DNA of 64,000 nucleotides from Alphaproteobacteria bacterium (lineage in GTDB: Bacteria; Pseudomonadota; Alphaproteobacteria; UBA828). A model generated the notes under the pieces. It made no database searches and was not told the DNA's origin. It was given only the letters and a program-made list of their open reading frames with translations. Shown here in pieces: positions 56,180 to 64,000 of the stretch (its first letter is position 1; each line of letters begins with the position of its first letter). Both the position numbers and the translations under genes were made by a program. The stretch is taken from contig CBDCCI010000002.1 of NCBI GenBank assembly GCA_965214705.1, forward strand, positions 928,001 through 992,000. The letters are read 5' to 3'.

Positions 56180-57639
56180 GCGCGGGCGGCTACCGGATCA
56201 GGGGCCGCGACGGCGAGTGGGAGATCGCGGTCGGGCTGGAGGTCCACGCCCAGGTGATCTCGGAGGCCAAGCTGTTCTCCACCGCGCCCACCGCCTTCGG
56301 CGCGGAGCCCAATACGCAGGTCTCTCTGGTCGATGCCGCGATGCCCGGCATGCTGCCGGTGATCAACGGGCATTGCGTGGCGCAGGCGGTGCGCACCGGG
56401 CTCGCGCTGGAGGCCGAGATCAACCTGACATCGGTGTTCGACCGCAAGAACTACTTCTATCCCGACCTGCCACCCGGCTATCAAATCTCGCAGTACTCGC
56501 GGCCCATCGTGGGCGAGGGCCGGGTCGTGATCGACCTGGAGGACGGGTCGCAGCGGACCATCGGCATCACCCGGCTGCACCTGGAGATGGACGCCGGCAA
56601 GAGCATCCACGACCGCCGCGCGGACGCCACCTGCGTGGACCTCAACCGCGCCGGCGTCGCGCTGATGGAGATCGTCTCCGAGCCCGACATCAGGAGCCCG
56701 GAGGAAGCCGGCCTCTACCTGCGCAAGCTGCGCTCGATCCTGCGCTACATCGGCACCTGCGACGGCAACATGGAGCAGGGCTCTCTGCGCGCCGACGTCA
56801 ACGTCTCGGTGCGCCGGCCGGGCGAAGAGCTGGGCACGCGCTGCGAAGTCAAGAACCTGAACTCGGTCCGCTTCGTGATGAAGGCGATCGAGGTGGAGGC
56901 CCGCCGCCAGGTCGCAGTGCGCGAAGACGGCGGCACCATCGAGCTCGAGACCCGCCTGTTCGATGCCGAGCGGGGCGAGACCCGCTCCATGCGCTCCAAG
57001 GAGGAGGCCCACGACTACCGCTACTTCCCCGATCCCGACCTTTTGCCGCTCACCCTCGACCCCGAGTGGGTGGAGGCCGAGCGCGCCCGCCTGCCCGAGC
57101 TGCCCGACGCGAGGAAGGCGCGCTTCACGGCCGACTACGGTCTCTCCGCCTACGACGCCGGCGTGCTCGTGGCGGAGCGAGAGATCGCCGAGTATTTCGA
57201 GGCGGTTGCGGCGGGGCGCGACGGCAAGCAGGCTGCGAACTGGGTCACCGGCACGCTCTTCGGCGCGCTCAACCGGGCCGGCATCGGGATCGAGCAGAGC
57301 CCGGTCTCGGCGGCGGCCCTCGGCGCGCTGATCGACCGGGTGGCGGACGGCACGGTCTCCAACCGCGCGGCCAAGGACGTGTTCGAGGCCATGGTCTCGA
57401 CAGGGAAGGACGCCGACACCATCATCGAAGAGCAGGGGCTCAGGCAGGTGAGCGACGAGGGCGCGATCGCGGCGCTGGTGGACCAGGCGATCGCCGAGAA
57501 CCCCGACAAGGTGGCCGACTATCGCGGCGGCAAGACGAAGCTCATGGGCTGGTTCGTCGGCCAGGTGATGAAGGCGTCTGGCGGCAAGGCCAACCCGAAG
57601 GCGGTGAACGAGACGCTGCGGGCCAAGCTCGAGGGCTGA
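56176..57639 (+). CDS. gatB: Asp/Glu-tRNA amidotransferase subunit B
   Basis: [29 protein letters not shown]. Confidence 0.97.
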   Translation: MSAGGYRIRGRDGEWEIAVGLEVHAQVISEAKLFSTAPTAFGAEPNTQVSLVDAAMPGMLPVINGHCVAQAVRTGLALEAEINLTSVFDRKNYFYPDLPPGYQISQYSRPIVGEGRVVIDLEDGSQRTIGITRLHLEMDAGKSIHDRRADATCVDLNRAGVALMEIVSEPDIRSPEEAGLYLRKLRSILRYIGTCDGNMEQGSLRADVNVSVRRPGEELGTRCEVKNLNSVRFVMKAIEVEARRQVAVREDGGTIELETRLFDAERGETRSMRSKEEAHDYRYFPDPDLLPLTLDPEWVEAERARLPELPDARKARFTADYGLSAYDAGVLVAEREIAEYFEAVAAGRDGKQAANWVTGTLFGALNRAGIGIEQSPVSAAALGALIDRVADGTVSNRAAKDVFEAMVSTGKDADTIIEEQGLRQVSDEGAIAALVDQAIAENPDKVADYRGGKTKLMGWFVGQVMKASGGKANPKAVNETLRAKLEG

Positions 57640-57739
57640 GCGCGCGGCGCGGGCCGAAGGCGTGGCCCCGGTAATGCTGTAGACTCCGGCGCGGCCTCCG
57701 CGCGAGGGCCGGCCCCGCTGCCGGAGCAGGAGCTGACCG

Positions 57740-58654
57740 ATGTTTCTGCCGCTCAGGGACGACAACCCGGTCAACCGGATCGGCTTCCAGTTCGTGACGG
57801 TGGGGCTGATCGCCGCCTGCACCATCATCTGGGCCGTCCAGTGGCTGGGCGGGGATCAGTTCGATGCCGAGCTGATCTTCCGCCTCGGCATGATCCCGGT
57901 GACGGTGCTCGGCGAGCTCCGGCGCGAGCCCGACATGGTGACCGTGACCCCCTGGCTCACCATCGTCACCTCCATGTTCCTGCACGGGGGCTTCATGCAC
58001 CTGTTCGGCAACATGCTCTATCTCTGGATTTTCGGGGACAACGTGGAAGACGCGATGGGCCATTGGCGCTTCGCGATCTTCTATCTGGTCTGCGGCGCGG
58101 TAGCGGCCCTCACCCACGCCGCCGTGGAGCCCGCTTCGCAGGTTCCCACCATCGGGGCGAGCGGCGCGGTCTCGGGCGTGCTCGGCGCCTACTTCATGCT
58201 TCACCCGAAGCGAGGGGTCTGGATTCTGGTCTTCTTCATGCCGATCCGCTTTCCCGCCTGGGGCGTGCTCGGGCTCTGGATCGGCTATCAGGTGTTCAAC
58301 GCGCTGGTCGCGGGCCCGGCCGGAGGCGGCGTCGCCTGGTACGCCCATATCGGCGGCTTCGCCGCTGGCGCGTTGCTGGTGGTGCCGCTGCGCAAGCGCG
58401 GCGTGCCGCTCTTCGACCGCGGTTACGTGCGGCACCGGAGGCGGACGGCATACCGGCCGCCACCTGAGGCCGAGACCCCCGGAGCGGGGCCGTGGGAGGA
58501 GCCGCCCACGGATCCGACCGTCAATCCAGAAGCCGACGGCGACGCACCGTGGCAGGAGCCGCCCCGCAACCGGCCCAACGGCGGCGGCGGGCCGGACCAC
58601 CGCAGCGGTCCCTGGGGGCGGCGGCCCCGGGGCCCCTGGTCGCGGAGGGACTGA
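57740..58654 (+). CDS. Rhomboid intramembrane serine protease
   Basis: MFLHGGFMHLFGNM, GASG, AHIGG; Pro/Gly/Trp-rich tail. Confidence 0.92.
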   Translation: MFLPLRDDNPVNRIGFQFVTVGLIAACTIIWAVQWLGGDQFDAELIFRLGMIPVTVLGELRREPDMVTVTPWLTIVTSMFLHGGFMHLFGNMLYLWIFGDNVEDAMGHWRFAIFYLVCGAVAALTHAAVEPASQVPTIGASGAVSGVLGAYFMLHPKRGVWILVFFMPIRFPAWGVLGLWIGYQVFNALVAGPAGGGVAWYAHIGGFAAGALLVVPLRKRGVPLFDRGYVRHRRRTAYRPPPEAETPGAGPWEEPPTDPTVNPEADGDAPWQEPPRNRPNGGGGPDHRSGPWGRRPRGPWSRRD

Positions 58655-58657
58655 GCC

Positions 58658-58864
58658 ATCGGCAACGAACGAAAGAGCGACTACTTCGCCGACCGCATCC
58701 GCGCCGAGCTTGCGTTCGCGCGCTCACGCGGCGCCCGCGATCCGGAGGCGCTGGCGGAGCACCTCAACGCCCGCGGCTTCCTCACCCGCGACGGCCGGCG
58801 CTGGACCGCCGCCGATGTCGAGGCCGCAACCCGCCGACCGCCCAAACCGAAGCCGGAGTCTTAA
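58658..58864 (+). CDS. Small protein with recombinase-type DNA-binding motif (not in ORF track)
   Basis: Manual translation IGNERKSDYFADRIRAELAFARSRGARDPEALAEHLNARGFLTRDGRRWTAADVEAATRRPPKPKPES*; GGAGG at 58644-48, ATC as only plausible start. Confidence 0.55.
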   Translation: MGNERKSDYFADRIRAELAFARSRGARDPEALAEHLNARGFLTRDGRRWTAADVEAATRRPPKPKPES

Positions 58865-58869
58865 CCGGA

Positions 58870-60573
58870 TTACTCAGCGGCCTCGGCGGCGTGGCCGTAG
58901 CTCTCGGCGGCGGCGGACGGCGAGACGAAGCCTTCGCGCACGTCTTCGTCAACCATTTCTTGCGGCCGCTCCGTCACCGGACCGTAGCCCCCGCCGCCGC
59001 CCGAGAGCAGGCGGACCCGGTCGCCCCGGCGGACAGAAACGTTGCCGAACTTGCTGGGCGAGACCTTGCCGTGACCCTCGCAGACGTCCTTCCAGGCGTT
59101 CTCGTTCGCCTTCTTGATGAGCAGCGCGGCCGATCCCCCGGAACCGCCGCCGAGCAGGCCCCACGGGGCCTTCCGGTGGCGGTCGCCCATGTAGCTGAGG
59201 ATGATTTCGTCGGCCGTGCATTCCAGCGTCTTGGTCGAGCCGAGGCCGCCCCGGTACTTGCCGGCACCGCCCGAATCCTCGGTCAGCGAGAGGTTCTCGA
59301 CGAGCCAGGGGTAGCGGCTCTCGTAGACCTCGACCGGGACGGTGCGGCAGTTGCCGTTGATGCAGTTGCAGGTGTCGTTGCCGTCGGCGAAGGGGCGCCC
59401 GCCCCAGCCCGCGACCATGAAGTCGTAGCAGACATAAAACTCGTCGTTCTCGGGGTCGTGGCCGCCGAAGAGGAAGTTGCCGTGGGTGCCGGCGTCGGTG
59501 GCGAACGCGCGCTCCGGCAGGCAGCGGGACATCGCCCCGATCACCGTGAAGCAGATGCGGACGTGGGTCTCCGTGTTGCCGCCCACCTCCGGCGCCGGGT
59601 AGTCCACGTTGACCACGGTCGCCGGCCGCGCGAGCACGCGGATCGGCCGGTAGCAGCCCGCGTTGCGCGGGATCGACGGATCGGTCAGATGCAGCATGGC
59701 GTTGTAGGTGGCGGAGCAGGTGACGCCGAGGGTCGCGTTGATCGCGCCCTTCGCTTGGGCATCGCTGCGGCGCCAATCTGCGATGATCTCGTCGCCCTGC
59801 ACCACCATGTCGACGGCAATCTTGTAGGGCCGGGCGTCGATCCCGTCGTCCTCCATGTAGTCCTCGAAGGAGTACTGGCCGTCGGGGATCGCCGCGATCT
59901 CGGCCCGCATCCGGGCTTCGGAGTAGTCCATGAGGTCGGCGACGGTCTGCTGGAAGAGCGGCACGCCGTACTTCCGGATCAGCGCGGCCATGCGCTCGGC
60001 GCCGAGCTCGCAGGCGCTGATCATGGCCCGATAGTCGCCGTAGTTGTAGCGAGGGGTGCGGACGTTCGCGAGCAATAGCTTCCAGACCTCGTCCACGTCC
60101 TTTCCCTGCTTTTTGATCTTGACCGGGGGCACGCGCAGCCCCTCGTGGAAGATCTCCGTGGCTTCGCTGGCGAAGCCGCCCGGCACCATGCCGCCGACCT
60201 CGGCGACATGTCCGATCGCCGCCGCATAGCCCATGAATTTGCCGTCGACGAAAATGGGCGTGAAGAAGGTGTGCTCCGGCGTGTGCAGCCCGCCCCGGTA
60301 CGGGTCGTTGTGCATGATGACGTCGCCCTCGTGCACCGGCTCGTTCGCCATCTCGCGGATGCAGGTCTTGATCAGGAGAGACATGCCGCCGATCTGCGCC
60401 GGGCAGTAGTCGGCGACCGCGATCATGTCGCCGTTGGCGTCGGCAATGGCGCAGCTGAAGTCGAGCGATTCGTTGAAGATCGTCGAATATGACGTCTTCA
60501 TCATGGTGATCCCCATCTCCCGGCAGATGGAGAGCATCGTCGATTCGACGATGTTCATCGTGACGACATCCAT
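58870..60573 (-). CDS. Hydantoinase B / oxoprolinase family protein
   Basis: STIFNESLDFSCA, NDPYRGGLH, EGLRVPP, DSGGAGKYRGG, GGGGGYG. Confidence 0.92.
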   Translation of the reverse strand: MDVVTMNIVESTMLSICREMGITMMKTSYSTIFNESLDFSCAIADANGDMIAVADYCPAQIGGMSLLIKTCIREMANEPVHEGDVIMHNDPYRGGLHTPEHTFFTPIFVDGKFMGYAAAIGHVAEVGGMVPGGFASEATEIFHEGLRVPPVKIKKQGKDVDEVWKLLLANVRTPRYNYGDYRAMISACELGAERMAALIRKYGVPLFQQTVADLMDYSEARMRAEIAAIPDGQYSFEDYMEDDGIDARPYKIAVDMVVQGDEIIADWRRSDAQAKGAINATLGVTCSATYNAMLHLTDPSIPRNAGCYRPIRVLARPATVVNVDYPAPEVGGNTETHVRICFTVIGAMSRCLPERAFATDAGTHGNFLFGGHDPENDEFYVCYDFMVAGWGGRPFADGNDTCNCINGNCRTVPVEVYESRYPWLVENLSLTEDSGGAGKYRGGLGSTKTLECTADEIILSYMGDRHRKAPWGLLGGGSGGSAALLIKKANENAWKDVCEGHGKVSPSKFGNVSVRRGDRVRLLSGGGGGYGPVTERPQEMVDEDVREGFVSPSAAAESYGHAAEAAE

Positions 60574-60722
60574 GGCTCCCTCCTCGGTCCCGCGCCTATT
60601 CTAGCGGGCGCTGATCGCGGCGCCCAAGAGCGGGAGTTCCGCCAACAAGTGTGCGGCCTATACAGCGCCGTGGCCCGCGGGGCATGCTGGGCGAAGAATT
60701 CGTCATCGCGGCGGGGGAGTCG

Positions 60723-60974
60723 ATGAACGACCGCCACCTGAGCGCCGACGAGGTGGCCCGGTTCCAGGACGACGGCTACCTGCATAAGCCGGCGCTCTTC
60801 GATGCCGAGGAGGTCGCGCTGATGCGCCAGGCGCTCGCGAACGACGCGGGCATCGCCGACCAGCGCAACACCATGGCGATGCACGACGCCGACGGCAGCG
60901 TTACCACGACCGTGCTGTGGACCGACCCCGGCGACGACCTGTTCGGGGCGATCGCGCGCGAAGTATCTGTGTGA
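60723..60974 (+). pseudogene. Truncated phytanoyl-CoA dioxygenase (PhyH) family N-terminal fragment
   Basis: LSADEVARFQDDGYL..LFDAEEV typical N-terminus; stops after 83 aa, before the HxD iron motif. Confidence 0.65.
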
Positions 60975-61052
60975 AGTCGCGGCGAAATTGGGTACTCAAG
61001 GCCGTGACCGGGCCAGTGTGATGGAATACGAGAGGCAACAGGGATAGTTCCG

Positions 61053-62747
61053 ATGCCGCAAAGCGCACGAAAGGCCGCCGCGGCAGGCAACATGGATGCC
61101 TCTTCCGATACTCCGAAGGAGAAAGACCGGCTGCGGTTCGTGATTTGCGGCGCCGCGGACGGAGGCAAATCGACCCTGCTCGACCGTCTGTTGGACGAGG
61201 CGCGGGCCGTGTTCGAGGACGGCCCGCGGGCGGATCAGGGACCGGGCATCGCCACCGACGTCGCCTGGCGCCAATTCGACACAGATAAGCGCAAGTTCAT
61301 GGCAGCGGCCCCGCCCGGTCACGAGCAGTACGCGTGCAACGTGGCGATGGGCGCTGCGTCGGCGGACCTGGCGGTCATCCTGGTGGACGCGCGCACGGGC
61401 ATTCCGACCCAGACCCGGTTCCACAGCCAAATCGTCGCCCTCATGGGCGTGCGGCAGATTGTTCTCGCGGTCAACAAGATGGACCTGGCCGGCTGCGCAC
61501 AGCCGGTCTTCGAGGCCATCGCGGAGGAATACGCGGCCTTCGCCCATGAACTCGGGATCGAGAACGTCCATGCGATCCCGCTTTCCGCCTTGACCGGCGA
61601 GAACGTGCGCGCGGGCGGGAGTGCCATGCCCTGGTATGCCGGCCCGACGCTCATGGAGGCGCTGGAAGATGCGGACTCGGGAAGCGACCTCGCGGGCGGT
61701 CCCTTTCGCCTGCCGGTGCAGCGGGTGGACCGCCTCGATCCCGACTCGCGCGCACTTGGCGGCACCATCGCCTCGGGGCGCGGCGATGTCATTGCCGACC
61801 CGATCCGGCCGCCGACCGCCGCCGACCAGTTTGCCGCCCATCTGCTCTGGCTGGACAAATCCGCGATGCTGCCTGGACGGACCTACGCCATCCGGATCGG
61901 CACCGCGTCGGCGACGGCACAAATCACCGACCTGGTCCACAGGGTGGACGTGGACACGCTGAGGCACCTCGCGGCGAAGACGCTCGAGCGCGACGAGGTC
62001 GGCTATTGCAAGCTCGCACTCGACCAACGGGTAGCCTTCGACCCCCATACCGAGAACCGCCGCACCGGCGCTTTCGTACTGATCGACAAGTTCACCGGTG
62101 CCACGGCCGGTATCGGCGTCATCCACTTCCCGCTGCGCCGCGCCACCAATGTCGTCTGGCAGCCCTCGAAGATCGACCGGGCGGCGCGGGCGCATGCCAA
62201 GGGCCAGATGCCCCGTTTGCTGTGGATTACGGGCCTGCCGGCCGCGGGGAAATCGACGGTCGCCGACCGGCTGGAGCAGAAACTGCACGCTGCCGGCGTC
62301 CACACCTATCTGCTGGATGGCGACAATGTGCGGCATGGCCTGAACCGTGATCTCGGCTTCACCGAGCAAGACCGCGTGGAGAACGTCCGGCGCGTTGCCG
62401 AGGTCGCGAAACTGATGGTGGACGCGGGACTTGTCGTCATCGTCTCCATGATCTCGCCGTTCAGATCCGAACGTCGGATGGCGCGGGACCTTGTGAGCGA
62501 AGGCGAGTTTGTCGAGATCTTCGTCAATACGCCGCTTGCAGTTTGCGAGTCGCGCGACCCGAAGGGGCTCTACAAGAGGGCGCGCGCGGCTGAGCTCATC
62601 AACTTCACCGGTATCGATTCGCCCTATGAGCCCCCCGAGGCCGCCGAGATTATCCTGAAGGGCGCGGAAGAGGACCCCGACACCCTTGCAGACCGGGTCG
62701 TCGACTACCTGAACGTCAGTCGGAACATTGCGCCCGACGCATCCTGA
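61053..62747 (+). CDS. Adenylyl-sulfate kinase fused to a degenerate CysN GTPase-like domain (CysNC/NodQ derivative)
   Basis: C-terminal [36 protein letters not shown]; N-terminal CysN-like region with altered G motifs and deletions. Confidence 0.88.
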   Translation: MPQSARKAAAAGNMDASSDTPKEKDRLRFVICGAADGGKSTLLDRLLDEARAVFEDGPRADQGPGIATDVAWRQFDTDKRKFMAAAPPGHEQYACNVAMGAASADLAVILVDARTGIPTQTRFHSQIVALMGVRQIVLAVNKMDLAGCAQPVFEAIAEEYAAFAHELGIENVHAIPLSALTGENVRAGGSAMPWYAGPTLMEALEDADSGSDLAGGPFRLPVQRVDRLDPDSRALGGTIASGRGDVIADPIRPPTAADQFAAHLLWLDKSAMLPGRTYAIRIGTASATAQITDLVHRVDVDTLRHLAAKTLERDEVGYCKLALDQRVAFDPHTENRRTGAFVLIDKFTGATAGIGVIHFPLRRATNVVWQPSKIDRAARAHAKGQMPRLLWITGLPAAGKSTVADRLEQKLHAAGVHTYLLDGDNVRHGLNRDLGFTEQDRVENVRRVAEVAKLMVDAGLVVIVSMISPFRSERRMARDLVSEGEFVEIFVNTPLAVCESRDPKGLYKRARAAELINFTGIDSPYEPPEAAEIILKGAEEDPDTLADRVVDYLNVSRNIAPDAS

Positions 62748-62858
62748 GGGGCCGCCACGCATGGCAGCCCCTACGGATAGGTATACGCACAACTGTTGCC
62801 CGCCTCTTGGTCATAGGCGTATACAGGGCCGGCCACGGGCCACGCGCCAGGGGTGGCA

Positions 62859-63293
62859 ATGTCAGACCAGCGAATTGCCATTGCTTCCGACCACGCAGGC
62901 GTCAGCCTCAAGGCGGTGCTGCGCGCCGACCTGGAAGCTGCGGGACGCGAGATCGTCGACTTGGGGCCCGACGGCGACGGCCCGGTCGACTATCCCGACT
63001 ATGCGCAGGCGCTGGCGAGTGAAATCGAGAGCGGACGTGCCGACCGGGGCGTCCTGATCTGCGGGAGCGGCATCGGCATGAGCATCGCAGTCAACCGCAG
63101 CCGTGCGGTGCGCGGCGCGCTCTGCCACGATGCAGACGAGGCGCGGCTCGCGCGCGCTCACAACGACGCCAACGTTCTCGCGCTGGGGGCGCGGCGCGTG
63201 TCGGAGGAGACAGCGCGCCGCTGCCTGCAGGCGTTCCTGGACACCGAATTCGAGGGCGGCCGCCACCAAGCGCGCGTCGCCAAGCTCTCCTGA
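62859..63293 (+). CDS. rpiB: Ribose-5-phosphate isomerase B
   Basis: [32 protein letters not shown]. Confidence 0.96.
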   Translation: MSDQRIAIASDHAGVSLKAVLRADLEAAGREIVDLGPDGDGPVDYPDYAQALASEIESGRADRGVLICGSGIGMSIAVNRSRAVRGALCHDADEARLARAHNDANVLALGARRVSEETARRCLQAFLDTEFEGGRHQARVAKLS

Positions 63294-63316
63294 GCGAACG
63301 AGAAAGGAAAACGACC

Positions 63317-64000
63317 TTGGCTGCTTCCACGCGCCCCGAGAGCGGGGCCGGGACTTCGTTCTTCACCAGCGGACTGCAGGAGGCCGATGCGGCGGTGTAC
63401 GCGGCGGTCTCCGGCGAGGTCGAGCGCCTGCAGACCACCATCGAGCTGATCGCGTCGGAGAATATCGTGAGCCGCGCGGTGCTGGAGGCGCAGGGCTCGG
63501 TGCTCACCAACAAGTATGCCGAGGGCTATCCCGGCCGGCGCTACTACGGCGGCTGCGAGAACGTCGATATCGGCGAGAGCCTGGCCATCGAGCGCGCGAT
63601 CGCGATCTTCGGCTGCGGCTTCGCCAACGTGCAGCCCCATTCCGGCGCGCAGGCCAACCAGGCGGCCTTTCTCGCGACGCTGGAGCCCGGCGACGCCTTT
63701 CTCGGTCTCTCGCTCGCAGCCGGCGGGCACCTCACCCACGGGGCGCCGCCCAATCTCTCCGGCAAGTGGTTCAGGGCGATCCAGTACGGCGTGGGCCGCG
63801 AGGACGGCCTGATCGATTTCGACGAGGTGGCGGCGCTGGCGGAGGCCGAGAAGCCCAAGCTGATCCTCGCAGGCGGCTCGGCTTATCCCCGCATCATCGA
63901 CTTCGCGCGCTTCCGCAAGATCGCGGATGCGGTGGATGCGGTCTTCATGGTGGACATGGCCCATTTCGCAGGGCTGGTCGCCGCCGGGATCCATCCGAGC
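63317..64000 (+). CDS. glyA: Serine hydroxymethyltransferase (runs off window end)
   Basis: Manual translation [53 protein letters not shown]; TTG start inferred. Confidence 0.96.
   Translation, partial: MAASTRPESGAGTSFFTSGLQEADAAVYAAVSGEVERLQTTIELIASENIVSRAVLEAQGSVLTNKYAEGYPGRRYYGGCENVDIGESLAIERAIAIFGCGFANVQPHSGAQANQAAFLATLEPGDAFLGLSLAAGGHLTHGAPPNLSGKWFRAIQYGVGREDGLIDFDEVAALAEAEKPKLILAGGSAYPRIIDFARFRKIADAVDAVFMVDMAHFAGLVAAGIHPS

Noticed and set aside
58652-58700. Selenocysteine recoding at the rhomboid TGA
   Set aside because: No convincing bacterial SECIS hairpin and no Cys-type catalytic context at that position.
62748-62824. Short inverted repeats between cysNC and rpiB (GGGGCCGCCA/TGGCAGCCCC; GTATACGC/GCGTATAC)
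   Set aside because: Short, no T-tract, and no supporting context; could be chance.

Overview
High-GC alphaproteobacterial chromosome segment, probably Rhodospirillales/Kiloniellales-like (inferred from gene order and protein families). The backbone is housekeeping: leuCD-rplS-trmD-rimM-rpsP-ffh, folD, argG, glnB-glnA, tRNA-Arg(TCT), tadA, ndk, clpSA, gatCAB, rpiB and a partial glyA. Between these lie transport and catabolic genes (LIV-type ABC, Urt-like ABC, TRAP, PLP enzymes, SDRs, leucine catabolism). Accessory inserts include a NYN RNase behind a promoter / structured RNA / terminator leader, a RES-Xre toxin-antitoxin pair, a multi-hairpin element plus orphan HigA behind the tRNA, and a HEPN-motif orphan gene. 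A palindromic MITE is present, and a complete IS1634-family element (terminal inverted repeats and a 4-bp duplication) splits a pyridoxine 4-oxidase-like gene. A CysNC has a degenerate GTPase half but an intact APS kinase. No CRISPR array or rRNA was seen. All calls come from reading sequence and motifs by eye; no database searches were run.
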